A stretch of DNA of 64,000 nt from a virus. Below are positions 48,401 through 57,370 of the stretch, in pieces. The position numbers and the translations under genes were made by a program. The DNA lies in the IMG/VR virus record IMGVR_UViG_3300020477_001012, positions 109,843 through 173,842 of that record; one strand, written 5' to 3'. The notes under the pieces are model-generated. The model was not told the origin of the DNA. It saw only the letters and a list, made by a program, of their open reading frames with translations, and searched no databases. Position 1 is the first letter of the stretch; each line of letters starts with the position of its first letter.

Positions 48401-49520
48401 TATCTACATATGTCAAATCACCACGAACATCAAGGTTACCACTGATCGTGGCATTTCTCCCAACCACCAAATCTCTAGTAAGCACAGAATCACCAGAGAC
48501 TAAAATATCACCACTGACACTAGCCGCCCCATTGACATCCAATGTGGTTCGCGGGTCATCTATGTTGACACCCAGCCTGTTGTCAGTTTTTAAGAATACG
48601 AGCTGGGGATCATAAGTTACAATACCACTCTCTTTGTATAGAGCAACCGACCCCGCTGGGATAGTAGAAGCATCAATCCCCATGTTGGTATCTTGAACAA
48701 TGTAAAAGTCGCCAAGATCGGGGATGTCACCTGAATTAAGAAGCCTAAATGAGGGATAGTCCGGGGTGCAGCTCCCATCAGCACAACCACTAATTGGGCC
48801 AGCAAAGAAGGTGTTCGTATCTTGCTTCAACAGGGTGATTCTCTGGTCTACAAGACCGCTCAACGCAAACACGGCATTCGATCCGGTTGTGGCATCAAGC
48901 TCATTTCTGACAAAGGGTTCTAGCTGCCTACCACCTGAAGCTACAGTGCCACCAAGTGTGGTTTGCCCACCAGAGAACAAAATTCCAGATCCACCATCCA
49001 AGAAGCCGGAAGCCTGAATTTGTGAATAATCAACGGTACCGCCAATGTCCAAAGCATACTGGGGGTCTGGCTGGGTAATTCCCAGCTTGTCTCCTGACGC
49101 ATTCCAGACCAAGCTGTCGTCATGACACAATATCTGAGAACTACCCCAGAAAGCTAGCCCGCTAGGCTTAGGCTCTTTAAAATCGCCCAGACCGGACGCA
49201 GTGAATACCGCATACTGACCCGGGTACGTAACATAAACTTCTTTAACTCCCGCAGCAAAATCAACAGCATTGTTACTATTAGTACTCCTGAAGGGAAATC
49301 GTACCAAGCTATTGCTGCTACCATCAGGAAGATATTGGCCAGAACCAACTTCATAGTCTGTACCATCAGTCACGGCATAATACAACGCATCGCCAGACTC
49401 ATAGAAATCACCAAAGGCACTAAAGCCCGTGGCGGCCCCGTCTAAACGAAGAGATCCCGTACCTATGGAATGAGATAGCTCTTTAATTCTATCTGATAAT
49501 ACAATTATTTGGTCTGACAT
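45474..49520 (-). CDS. long tail fibre/fibre-like protein
   Basis: N-terminal DRIKE..GTG..L.GAATGF..YEVG.G fibre anchor domain; LG(I/V)xxxxP repeats; internal repeats; long 14-aa xxIGxxAG solenoid. Confidence 0.85.
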   Translation of the reverse strand: MSDQIIVLSDRIKELSHSIGTGSLRLDGAATGFSAFGDFYESGDALYYAVTDGTDYEVGSGQYLPDGSSNSLVRFPFRSTNSNNAVDFAAGVKEVYVTYPGQYAVFTASGLGDFKEPKPSGLAFWGSSQILCHDDSLVWNASGDKLGITQPDPQYALDIGGTVDYSQIQASGFLDGGSGILFSGGQTTLGGTVASGGRQLEPFVRNELDATTGSNAVFALSGLVDQRITLLKQDTNTFFAGPISGCADGSCTPDYPSFRLLNSGDIPDLGDFYIVQDTNMGIDASTIPAGSVALYKESGIVTYDPQLVFLKTDNRLGVNIDDPRTTLDVNGAASVSGDILVSGDSVLTRDLVVGRNATISGNLDVRGDLTYVDSSTVTIWDKNLELASMSGTALYNDANVDDAGIIVKSTDTDKKWTWRDSTDAWTTDQKIHVSGLTFPGNIFQIGDSAATSGDIHTKYLLSISGVSGIHTEFTTDPASNSGLLIINPSGLSGVMQYQIDNATAYAGWNLTDGTVAGDLIGGAQTVIISGASGVGTHYDASSNHLVFNASGLSGVLTPQIASNLTEIRANSSSGNFNLTEIRVNSASGDFNLGEIRVNSASGAAISGYTEDLHGVSKAYTDAAVLAAGSYTHWTFTDGTVAGDNIANAQTFTVSGASGVGTHYDASTNTLTLNPSGLSGVLRYDIDNAATYAGWNITDGWVADDLIAGGQTVTISGVSGVGTHYDASTNMLTLNPSGLSGVMQSQIDGISVGSTAAGSGLTKVDDTIHMDINGSGQLEHLIFNNDQIRIGTSGGDSFDLGDTGSHWIAIGTAAGYGASGNDSTVMIGQNAGKLSSGCDYTNMIGSGAGHLSTGCFDSTMIGQNAGYNTHNNVGADMIGGHAGYSSLDCANSVMIGRYAAYRASGCNMSLMAGLSAGSRASGNFYSAMVGPSAGYESSGCPHATMVGPGAGYGAMLSSSSTMVGYRAGFSTKDSHYVNIIGHHAAFQASGCDYLIAIGKDAAFGAIVGSHNTALGWAAGSGTKHVQHANMMGYQAGLLSSGNYSTTFIGVNAGKESANATTGVYLGESAAAYGSGLKQSVGIGLNAFAHGTGIQNSVAIGHSAGTYAEDIKLSEMIGRHAGQAASGLDYGTVIGHKAGASSTGCDYSIFIGAEAGSGVDQNKNSIFLGYRAGFGMQVNTDNHLVINPSNRVVPTTWTTSALDGYIDIADIIHGRSDGTSSKNLSIGNVPGLTDLLTTTLTLNPASSTDVVLKTRKQSAQSADQIQSSITSAGLANTIVNKHGWLELPVALNVNGTGSTANAYTHATLTDQEYKIDKEEGVVALYKDGSDWRLIVTNGTNWFKTDALTEM
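47295..48020 (-). repeat. three copies of a ~55-aa module (W..TDG.VA.D.I...QT...SG.SGVGTHYDAS.N.L..N.SGLSGV)
   Basis: Copies at about 47295-47460, 47480-47640 and 47850-48020. Confidence 0.85.
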
Positions 49521-49538
49521 TTATGTTACCTTTATACA

Positions 49539-50510
49539 TTAAAATGTTGGACTGCCAAACTCATCTAGGATGGCCGGTTGTGTACCAGAGGTCTCAGCAG
49601 GCTCAAAGCCATAAGCTACAAATTGACACATGGCGCTGTCTGTGTACGAGCCGCCTTCATCCCTAATGACATAAGTTACCGACCTCAGCATGGTCTCATC
49701 GTTCCCAGACCTAGCTATGCAGGCGACAGTATTAGTTTCCATGTCGTTGAGAGTGCCGCTAGCGTCGGTGCCGTTAGAGGTACCCATTGCCACAAAATTA
49801 TTGTTATCAAAAGTACCCGAAGCAAACGTAATCTTAAGCTGCCCCTTGGCCTTTTTCGATACACTATGAATGTTGTGCGAAGCGTGAACCACTGGCAGAT
49901 GCCCACCAATCCCGCTAGCATTAAAATAGGCCCAAGCCTTAGCTGTGCCCTTGGCATTTGCTATTGTAGAGTTATCACCAAACTTAAGTGTTCCAGACGT
50001 GAGAATATTTTGAGTTTTGCCGTCTGAAGACCGTGGCTCAAATTTCAAACCAACGTTATCATAACCAGATGCATTAATCCAGTTATTGCCCACTGGAACA
50101 TTACCATTGAGAACATTGTTAGCCTGATCCACACCATCAACATGATAGTACTGAGTGTGTACATGACCAACATCCAAGTTCTTAAGCTGATTGTGATCTA
50201 TGTTGCCTACGCCGGGATATGGCTCCACTTGTAATACGGTGGGGTTGACAGGGGCGTTCGGGAACAAAACACCAGACTCTGCAATAAATCTTCCCTTGGC
50301 TCCAGCCACGGTATCTTTCTTTGCTCGAACGTCATTAAAAAACGGAAATTGAACGTCTGTATCCCCACTCGCAACGATGCGATTAATGGAGAACACCGTA
50401 TCTTCCATATTATGGCGAACATCCTCTGCCGAAATGAGACCGGCGTTGTTGTCCGCCATGTCCGCACTGATGCTGGCGATGAGGTCGCCCGAACTTTTCA
50501 TTGTAGCCAT
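49539..50510 (-). CDS. short fibre/accessory virion protein
   Basis: C-terminal AKAWAYFN..SHNIHSVS..GQLKITF domain typical of phage fibre tips. Confidence 0.65.
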   Translation of the reverse strand: MATMKSSGDLIASISADMADNNAGLISAEDVRHNMEDTVFSINRIVASGDTDVQFPFFNDVRAKKDTVAGAKGRFIAESGVLFPNAPVNPTVLQVEPYPGVGNIDHNQLKNLDVGHVHTQYYHVDGVDQANNVLNGNVPVGNNWINASGYDNVGLKFEPRSSDGKTQNILTSGTLKFGDNSTIANAKGTAKAWAYFNASGIGGHLPVVHASHNIHSVSKKAKGQLKITFASGTFDNNNFVAMGTSNGTDASGTLNDMETNTVACIARSGNDETMLRSVTYVIRDEGGSYTDSAMCQFVAYGFEPAETSGTQPAILDEFGSPTF

Positions 50511-50522
50511 TTAAAATCTCCT

Positions 50523-51041
50523 TTAATAATTAAAATATCCACCAGATCTGTAGTCCGAGTAGTTTCTACTCACAACATCAGAACCGGGGCTATACGGTCC
50601 AAGTATGGACTGTCCAGTCACACTGTTGCCAGCCCGGTACTCTAGCATGGAATGTTCATACTTATCACATAGATCCTTGTACAAAATTGCTAGGGTTTGA
50701 GTCACGCCTCTTAAGTCTATAGCAGAGGGTCCGTCTTTAATGGAGATAGCGTTCCCAGACTCTTTTCGTATTTCACTGCCCACTATAATACAAGCGGCCC
50801 TCAAGCAAACAAGAGAAATAAAGGCTTCATCTCTAGTTCCTGCATCTGTGGGGTCGGGATCTAAATATCCAGTCTCCACATTGATGCTATAAGTATTGCC
50901 AAAATCCACATTCATAATGATAAGCTGCGCAGCAACGAGAATTGAGGTCTCCATCCTGTCTGCGGAAAATGTGTACGCAGAAGGGTCAACATCATTAATA
51001 AGGTGTCGTACAACTGTGGACATCTGGCCTTGCCAAGACAT
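50523..51041 (-). CDS. putative head-tail adaptor
   Basis: VRHLINDVD..YTFS..ME and SIKDGPSAID motifs, size 172 aa. Confidence 0.55.
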   Translation of the reverse strand: MSWQGQMSTVVRHLINDVDPSAYTFSADRMETSILVAAQLIIMNVDFGNTYSINVETGYLDPDPTDAGTRDEAFISLVCLRAACIIVGSEIRKESGNAISIKDGPSAIDLRGVTQTLAILYKDLCDKYEHSMLEYRAGNSVTGQSILGPYSPGSDVVSRNYSDYRSGGYFNY

Positions 51042-51049
51042 ATGGTCAC

Positions 51050-51364
51050 CTATAGATTAGTGTGGACTTTAAATGTGTAAACATCTGTAAAATATGTTCC
51101 GCTAGGGATTACCACTTTGGCTTGTAGCTTATAAGTTCCAGCTTGGTCCAAATCTCCAGCGATTGTGTCATAATACATAACCCCCGATATGCCAACGTCA
51201 CGCAGGGTTGCGCTCCTGTTGACAACCGTATCATCAGGTTTTTTAATATTTATCTGATGAGTAGAGGTGCCGGGATCGCCAGATATGTTCACCACATTAC
51301 CATCATCTTTGATAGTAATTAGGAATCTGGTCCCTATGTCATTTTTATGAATTTCGCTGGGCAT
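51050..51364 (-). CDS. BppU-like Ig-fold virion protein
   Basis: DIGTRFLITIKD..KKPD..G.MYY....DLDQAGTYKLQ..FKV. Confidence 0.65.
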   Translation of the reverse strand: MPSEIHKNDIGTRFLITIKDDGNVVNISGDPGTSTHQINIKKPDDTVVNRSATLRDVGISGVMYYDTIAGDLDQAGTYKLQAKVVIPSGTYFTDVYTFKVHTNL

Positions 51365-51368
51365 AAGT

Positions 51369-51431
51369 CTACCTTATCAAGCTTATTACGGATTCTCTTT
51401 GGATATTCAGCGTTACTTTGATTATCATCAT
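51369..51431 (-). CDS. 20-aa micro-ORF MMIIKVTLNIQRESVISLIR
   Basis: Read manually; ATGA overlap with the upstream stop, GGAG upstream, stop 4 nt before the next ATG. Confidence 0.4.
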   Translation of the reverse strand: MMIIKVTLNIQRESVISLIR

Positions 51432-51565
51432 GTTTGCAGCTCCAGTGTAATATTTACAGACGGCTGTACTGACAATATAATAGAGAAAATTTCTCCATTA
51501 AACCTATTCTCCATATCAGAGAGGCTGGAGAAGGGCAAATCGCTGAGTGTGGTGCCTAATAACAT
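51428..51565 (-). CDS. 45-aa small virion-type protein MLLGTTLSDLPFSSL...
   Basis: Read manually (absent from the ORF track); fills the gap; N-terminus resembles the M.G...S..PFS.L starts of phage structural proteins. Confidence 0.55.
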   Translation of the reverse strand: MLLGTTLSDLPFSSLSDMENRFNGEIFSIILSVQPSVNITLELQT

Positions 51566-51573
51566 ATTTAGCC

Positions 51574-51864
51574 CTACAGTGCGGGGTCGTTGATATTGAC
51601 AGACGTATTTGCGGCGTCCACGGCGGCTTGTCTGGCCGCATTAAGCTCGTAAGCTGCCACATGCTCAGACAGGAACTGCCTGACTATTCTGTTGGCAAAC
51701 TGAGCCATGGTCTCTGGGTTGTCAATCATCTCATCCACGAGAACTTCCGCATCTGGATCAAAATCGGGGTTAGGAACCTGAGCTGGCCTGCTGTAATTGG
51801 CTGCTATGGCAGTTAAAACTCTGCCAACGTCCGCGTCGTCGATTTCTATCGCAAATTGAGCCAT
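51574..51864 (-). CDS. small hypothetical virion protein
   Basis: 96 aa, AGGAG SD, promoter motif upstream. Confidence 0.7.
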   Translation of the reverse strand: MAQFAIEIDDADVGRVLTAIAANYSRPAQVPNPDFDPDAEVLVDEMIDNPETMAQFANRIVRQFLSEHVAAYELNAARQAAVDAANTSVNINDPAL

Positions 51865-51904
51865 TTTTTATCTCCTAGTTTAAAAGGGTCTTAATCTCCG
51901 GTTT

Positions 51905-51913
51905 ATTATACAC
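51905..51913 (-). promoter_or_regulatory. GTGTATAAT putative late promoter
   Basis: Intergenic, 41 nt upstream of the ATG at 51864. Confidence 0.65.
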
Positions 51914-51942
51914 AAAAATAAGTATTTTAGAAGTAAAGGGGG

Positions 51943-54432
51943 TTAATCCATGAGTAGTAAAAATGCTGGACTTCCAGTCGCAGCAGAAGCAACAAACTGA
52001 TCAGCCCCAATATCCCATGTATCTTCTTCAGCATCCCTGTCTCTGTTATCTATGTCAAACTGTGGACCCATGTCCCACCCCGCCTCAATATTAGCATCTC
52101 CAGCGGTAGTAGAGTATGTTGTGCCCAAATCTGTTCCAGCACCAAGTGCCGCCGCCCCAGATTTCAAGTGTAAATCTTCACTACCTCCACTATTCGACAC
52201 AAACAAGTCGGCAGCAGATTCCCCTGTTATGGAATTCGACCCATCTGCGCTGCTATCACTAGAAAGATTATGAGTAAACGTGGCTGTGGGAGAATCGTTG
52301 AAATCCTTTGCAACGGCACCGTTTGTGCCAGCCGTATCGGTAGCGGTGCCTACAACAATATTATTTCTCACTGAAGATCCAGCAGTACCAGAACTTAGGT
52401 CTTTTACGATACCTGTAGCAAACTGACCGCCACCCCATGAATTGGTGCTATGAACCTTGTAAACTGTATTGTTGTCGCACAGGAGGTGTGTTCCACGTTG
52501 CCATATACCATAGTGATAAGTATAATGTCCAGTACCCCAGCTACTTGTAGTAGTTGAATCTATGTTATATATAATATTATTACAAATTATACCAGTAGTA
52601 ACACATCTTGAACCGGGGTTCCCTCCCCCCGATCCACCTATTGTTACATCGTGGATTATGCAATGAGTTACTGCAAAATGAAATCCATCTATGAATTGCT
52701 TATCGCCAGATGACCCGCTAATATCTAACCAAGACATAATCAAAGGAGCGCCAGCATGAGTAATCTGACTAGTCTGAGTAACTTTAACATGACTCCCAGA
52801 TTCAGTACCATCGTGTCGGTGGTCTTCCGCCGCAGTTAACACTTTGCACACCAGTCCGATAGTGCTCCCTCCTCCTATTTGTCCAATATTTACACTAAAT
52901 ACAGAATCTGGATATAGCTCCCCGCGAGCTATCGAACCATTTCCATAATATGTATCATCATCTAAATCTGCTTCCCACGCCGCTATCGTGGCATAGTCTC
53001 TGCCACTGGGGTGATTAGATCCAATTTTTGATATTATGGCCTGTAACACAGCGCCGATATCCCAAGCTTGAGTGCGAGCCTCTCTGTTGCAGCCGTGGGC
53101 ATCTATATTTATCGCGGTTCCTCTTGCAGAGCTACCCATAACAACACCGTTAACAGTAACACTTGTGCCTAAATCGTCTCCCGCCCCCACAGCGGCTGAA
53201 GATCGCTTTATATGCAAATCTTCAGAACCACTTGTAGTTGAAATAAATAAACTAGCTGCTGTTTTCCCAGTAAAAGAATTACTTCCCGAAGCTGTAGAGT
53301 CCCCTGAAATATTGTGAGTACCAACAGCGTCATCATCGCCACTCCCATATGTATCTTTTGTATAAAAATCATGGGTAGTGTTAGAGCTGTTGCTAACATA
53401 TGCTCCTATACCTATATTGTTTTTATTAGTACTATCTTCGTCGGTGGATCTTATACATTGAGCTTCCCTAGAACCCGCGTTAGCAGCCGAACCATACGTT
53501 AATCCATGCTTGTAAACCGTATTGTTTGTTACCATTCCGTTGGTGCTCAGACTAATCCCCGGACCCACTAATGCGGAAGAGTTGTCATATAGAAGATTGT
53601 TATGTATGGCGCTCCCCTGACTGTGACCGTAGATAATGCCACCTACATTTGTGCCCTGCGAGTTATGACAACCATGAATCAAAAGATGTGAAGCTGTTCC
53701 CTTTAAATAACAATGCATCCATACCACGCCGTTGCTGTCGAAATTTTGAGAGCTGTCACCGCCATCTAACTCCAGCCATTCTATAGTTCGGTTAATGTTT
53801 GGACTGGTTGTCTCTAACTTGAATCTCCCCCCACTTGTCAAATTTACCTTAGCTCCTGAATCCGCAGTTCCGTCGTGCCTTTGCCCCTCGGCTACAGTCA
53901 GAATAGATGTGGTTAGGCCGATAGTTTCCCCGTCATTAAATATTAGTTCACCTGACTGGCTAAAGTCCGAATCTTTATAACACTCACCTTTAGCCGTATC
54001 GCCACTATCGTAGAAGACATCTGTGTCAAGGTCTGCCTCCCAAGTACTTATAGAAGAGAAGCATCTTACGATATAGGGCTGAGCTGTTGATCCAGCTTCA
54101 TCGGAGTCCAGATTAGCGAACGGATCAACAGAATCTGCTGTGCCTCCTCTAATATGTCTAACGGTAAGAGTGTTCGTACTCGTGTTAATTGCGGTGATTA
54201 AATAATCGACCTCTAGAGGGCCATCGGCGCACGAAGAGTAGCCATCGCAATTATAATACACATCCTTATAATGGAGGATATCCCCCACATTGACAGTTGG
54301 GTCGCTTCCGGTATAAGTTACAGTGCCAGACCACGGAGTACCAGAACCTGAAGATCCAGATACTGTAATCTGTGCATTAACCGGGCTTGTATGCTCGGAT
54401 TTAGATCCAATACTAGTAATTACAGTTGCCAT
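51943..54432 (-). CDS. tandem-duplicated right-handed beta-helix (pectin-lyase-like) protein
   Basis: Two modules, each WEADL..RHDGT..NNTVY..HNxSxD..AxLFxS..GSEDLH..GAGxDLGT..DxxxxxR..WDIGA. Confidence 0.75.
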   Translation of the reverse strand: MATVITSIGSKSEHTSPVNAQITVSGSSGSGTPWSGTVTYTGSDPTVNVGDILHYKDVYYNCDGYSSCADGPLEVDYLITAINTSTNTLTVRHIRGGTADSVDPFANLDSDEAGSTAQPYIVRCFSSISTWEADLDTDVFYDSGDTAKGECYKDSDFSQSGELIFNDGETIGLTTSILTVAEGQRHDGTADSGAKVNLTSGGRFKLETTSPNINRTIEWLELDGGDSSQNFDSNGVVWMHCYLKGTASHLLIHGCHNSQGTNVGGIIYGHSQGSAIHNNLLYDNSSALVGPGISLSTNGMVTNNTVYKHGLTYGSAANAGSREAQCIRSTDEDSTNKNNIGIGAYVSNSSNTTHDFYTKDTYGSGDDDAVGTHNISGDSTASGSNSFTGKTAASLFISTTSGSEDLHIKRSSAAVGAGDDLGTSVTVNGVVMGSSARGTAINIDAHGCNREARTQAWDIGAVLQAIISKIGSNHPSGRDYATIAAWEADLDDDTYYGNGSIARGELYPDSVFSVNIGQIGGGSTIGLVCKVLTAAEDHRHDGTESGSHVKVTQTSQITHAGAPLIMSWLDISGSSGDKQFIDGFHFAVTHCIIHDVTIGGSGGGNPGSRCVTTGIICNNIIYNIDSTTTSSWGTGHYTYHYGIWQRGTHLLCDNNTVYKVHSTNSWGGGQFATGIVKDLSSGTAGSSVRNNIVVGTATDTAGTNGAVAKDFNDSPTATFTHNLSSDSSADGSNSITGESAADLFVSNSGGSEDLHLKSGAAALGAGTDLGTTYSTTAGDANIEAGWDMGPQFDIDNRDRDAEEDTWDIGADQFVASAATGSPAFLLLMD

Positions 54433-54439
54433 ACTTCAC

Positions 54440-55270
54440 CTATATAGTTACGATTCCGGCGGCCACTTTATCCACACAGATATCATCCAAATGGTTGTGA
54501 TTGTGTTCCATTCCAGTGCGACCATCATGAATTAATTCTCGGTCTCTTGCGTCGTAAACGTCAATCCCTAACTCAGAGGCTAAATCCCAATAGGGCACTT
54601 GCCATTTCTTTTTAGCAATAAAAATTTTCTGTGGAATACCGTCTTCGTCGGGTTCACCATCAATTTCTACACAGCAGGCTCTTTCTCCACAAGTCCCATC
54701 GGAGATCTCTGTTTCTACCCCATTCATAAATCCACAACAATCTATTGGAAGAAAATGGGCCTTTTCTATGGGACTGAAAGGGAACTGGGAATGATCAGCC
54801 TTTAATTTTTCGCTGTGCCCCTCTATATAGTCCCATAACACGTCGGCGTGCCCCCTGTCTCTGGGGGCGTTTCCTCCATACCAAACCTCGGCGCCTTGCT
54901 GGTCTCCAAATATTTTATGCCTTTTATTGACCAGTCTTCTGGCTAGGTAACTAGCAACATTCATGGCCTCCCCAGCTTCGTTTGGCGTATTGCTAATAAT
55001 ATCCACTTCGTCAGTAAGTAGATTGTGTCTTTGCACTTCATTACTGTTAAGTCTAGTAAATCTATACTTACTTGTAAGGGCCATAAAATTCTCTAATAGT
55101 GTATTTGTATCTCTCAATCCCACCGAGTTGAACCCATGCAGGTCCACATGGCAAATCATTTCGGCATGACAAAAATGAGTTTGGGTTTTGGATACAGCGC
55201 ATACGATATCACCATCTTGATATTTTTTTTGGTCTGGGGATATCGCACTCGTCTTAATTAAAATTTCCAT
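54440..55270 (-). CDS. hypothetical protein
   Basis: 276-aa ORF with AGGAG SD; His/Cys-rich. Confidence 0.7.
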   Translation of the reverse strand: MEILIKTSAISPDQKKYQDGDIVCAVSKTQTHFCHAEMICHVDLHGFNSVGLRDTNTLLENFMALTSKYRFTRLNSNEVQRHNLLTDEVDIISNTPNEAGEAMNVASYLARRLVNKRHKIFGDQQGAEVWYGGNAPRDRGHADVLWDYIEGHSEKLKADHSQFPFSPIEKAHFLPIDCCGFMNGVETEISDGTCGERACCVEIDGEPDEDGIPQKIFIAKKKWQVPYWDLASELGIDVYDARDRELIHDGRTGMEHNHNHLDDICVDKVAAGIVTI

Positions 55271-55278
55271 GTTTTCTC

Positions 55279-55935
55279 CTATATATTTTGTCCTATTACA
55301 TATCCGTCAAATTTGTTTTCATCTCGCACTATGAATCCATAGGTGTCTGCCTTTCCGTTTGTAGCCGTCATTGTTGGGGTTGTTCCTCCAGCCCAGCGCA
55401 TCGTAACCGCAGCAGGGCTTCCGCCCCCATCTTGATCATGCGTAACCGCAGTCCAAGCTATAGCGTAATTTGCACCCGCTGGCTGCTCAAACCTAACTAC
55501 AAACCTTTGGCCATCTTGCCCATTAGTGAAATCTACATCTGTTACGGCGGCTCCTAAAGTTACCTCAAAATAATTACCTTTACTTAAGTCTATATCAACA
55601 ACAGCATTTTCGGGTTCAGCTTCAGCATTTGCAATGGGTTGGTTCACTGCTTTGTGCATAGTGATCTTAGACGAGTACTCACCAACATCCACCTCCCCGC
55701 TTGCATTGACAGACAAATGGGAGAGACCGGATATGTCATTAACTGAAAATATAACCCCGCTCTGTAGCTCATTAGTTATGGAGAATAATTGCCCCTGATC
55801 ACTCTCCCAAGAAAGCTGTGATCCACCAAGTATATTAAGGTCTACATTTGGATCAGATGCGCCAGACCCAACGTGTCTCATTCTAGGGATCAGCCCGCCG
55901 TCCCCGGAAGGCCACATTTTAATATCTTGAACCAT
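55279..55935 (-). CDS. short fibre-like protein
   Basis: GQLFSIT..IFSVNDISG module plus C-terminal IDLSKGNYFEVTL..WAGGTTPTMT domain common in phage fibres. Confidence 0.65.
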   Translation of the reverse strand: MVQDIKMWPSGDGGLIPRMRHVGSGASDPNVDLNILGGSQLSWESDQGQLFSITNELQSGVIFSVNDISGLSHLSVNASGEVDVGEYSSKITMHKAVNQPIANAEAEPENAVVDIDLSKGNYFEVTLGAAVTDVDFTNGQDGQRFVVRFEQPAGANYAIAWTAVTHDQDGGGSPAAVTMRWAGGTTPTMTATNGKADTYGFIVRDENKFDGYVIGQNI

Positions 55936-55948
55936 TGTAAACTCCTAA

Positions 55949-57370
55949 TTAATGCCCAAAGCGGCCTTTAGTTTTTTGATAATTGTCCATTATTTCTGCG
56001 GCGGATAATGTTTTAGTATAGAGTCGTACTGATCCTATCTTACCATCAAGATCATTTTGAATCGTACTACCGTCTAATCGGCAGCCTATAGTTGTACCAG
56101 TTTTAATAGTAAATCCATGCCCCGCCGTCAAACTCTTGCTATCTCCATTCTGATATACTGCAACTATTTCGTCAGAAGCATTTATAGTTACAGCCCAACA
56201 TGTCCAAACTCCGTCAGAGACAGTAGTGCTAACACCGTAGGTGTAATTGGAGCCACTATTTTCCGATCTAAAAGCCATCCATACAGTCCCGCCAGTCTCA
56301 TACTGACCAAAAGAAACACAAAATTGGTCGGCAGCACTTTGAAAAGGAGTGTAGACTCCCCCATCCATATCGTCCACACTAAACCATATAATAGCAGATC
56401 TTGCTGTACCAGAATAATCAGGAAGTGTTGTAATATTCACATAATCATCAGAGCCATCAAACACTAAGCTGCCACCATTAGCAGAATCAAAAGAAATATC
56501 TCCACCCGAACCGTTATTTACAAAAGTTCCGTCATAATTATTGGCCGTATCTTTCAGTGTGGTTCCACCACTATAGCTATTAGGATCACCAGCGTCCCAA
56601 CTGGCAAATAGGCCATCTGTAGTAATTCTCGGCGCAAAGCGGGGTTTTGTTGCTTCGTAGTTTTGGAGGATTTGAGCAGCAGTTAATTCTTTATTATAAA
56701 GAGCGACTCGGCCTATATATCCCTCGAAGGCACCAGAGCCATTCCTGTCCAACCCCCACCGAGTAGCGTTCTCCTCCCCACCATTACCAGCGCCACCCAT
56801 GGTCCCATCGTCTTTCTCTTCACCATTATAATAAATTTTGTAACTACTGTAAACAGCAGAGTCACCACCACTATATGTAAAAGTCCAATTCGCCCACTTC
56901 CCAATATTAGCCGAAAGTTCTGCGGCAGCGTCATTCGATCTTCGATTAGTACCAACACCCCCTGTAGTCGTCCTTTTTCCACATCTTACTGAATAGTTAT
57001 GCTGATCTTTGTCCATTATCCAAAAAGTAAATTCTTCTCCAGCTCCCCCTCCACTATTATAGAGAGAAAAAACTGTATACTTAGCGCTATCCATATCAAG
57101 AAAATATAACCATATATCAAAGGTGAATCCACCATCTCCGTCTATATCAGTAGTATTCGCCACAGTAACTTTTTCGTCAGTTCCGTCTAAAGCAATAACG
57201 CCCATATTTACATCTGCAAACCCAGCATCATTATCTAGAACTGCTGGAGCGCTTACACCCAAGCTATTCCACGTACCCCCATCACTCGGAGTACCACACC
57301 TGCGATTACCTGCATCCCAACAGGCCACAAGCCCATCAGTAACTATATTAGTAGAGGCTACAGCACCCAT
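55949..57370 (-). CDS. double LamG/concanavalin-A-like lectin domain protein
   Basis: Two I(V/T)TDGL...WDAG..DG(T/S)D..G.IG.V.LY.K.L(S/T)AA.I..NY..TK.RF units. Confidence 0.88.
   Translation of the reverse strand: MGAVASTNIVTDGLVACWDAGNRRCGTPSDGGTWNSLGVSAPAVLDNDAGFADVNMGVIALDGTDEKVTVANTTDIDGDGGFTFDIWLYFLDMDSAKYTVFSLYNSGGGAGEEFTFWIMDKDQHNYSVRCGKRTTTGGVGTNRRSNDAAAELSANIGKWANWTFTYSGGDSAVYSSYKIYYNGEEKDDGTMGGAGNGGEENATRWGLDRNGSGAFEGYIGRVALYNKELTAAQILQNYEATKPRFAPRITTDGLFASWDAGDPNSYSGGTTLKDTANNYDGTFVNNGSGGDISFDSANGGSLVFDGSDDYVNITTLPDYSGTARSAIIWFSVDDMDGGVYTPFQSAADQFCVSFGQYETGGTVWMAFRSENSGSNYTYGVSTTVSDGVWTCWAVTINASDEIVAVYQNGDSKSLTAGHGFTIKTGTTIGCRLDGSTIQNDLDGKIGSVRLYTKTLSAAEIMDNYQKTKGRFGH

Noticed and set aside
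51399-51816. + strand ORFs 51399..51593 and 51547..51816
   Set aside because: Opposite to the operon direction; the gap is better explained by coupled - strand ORFs.
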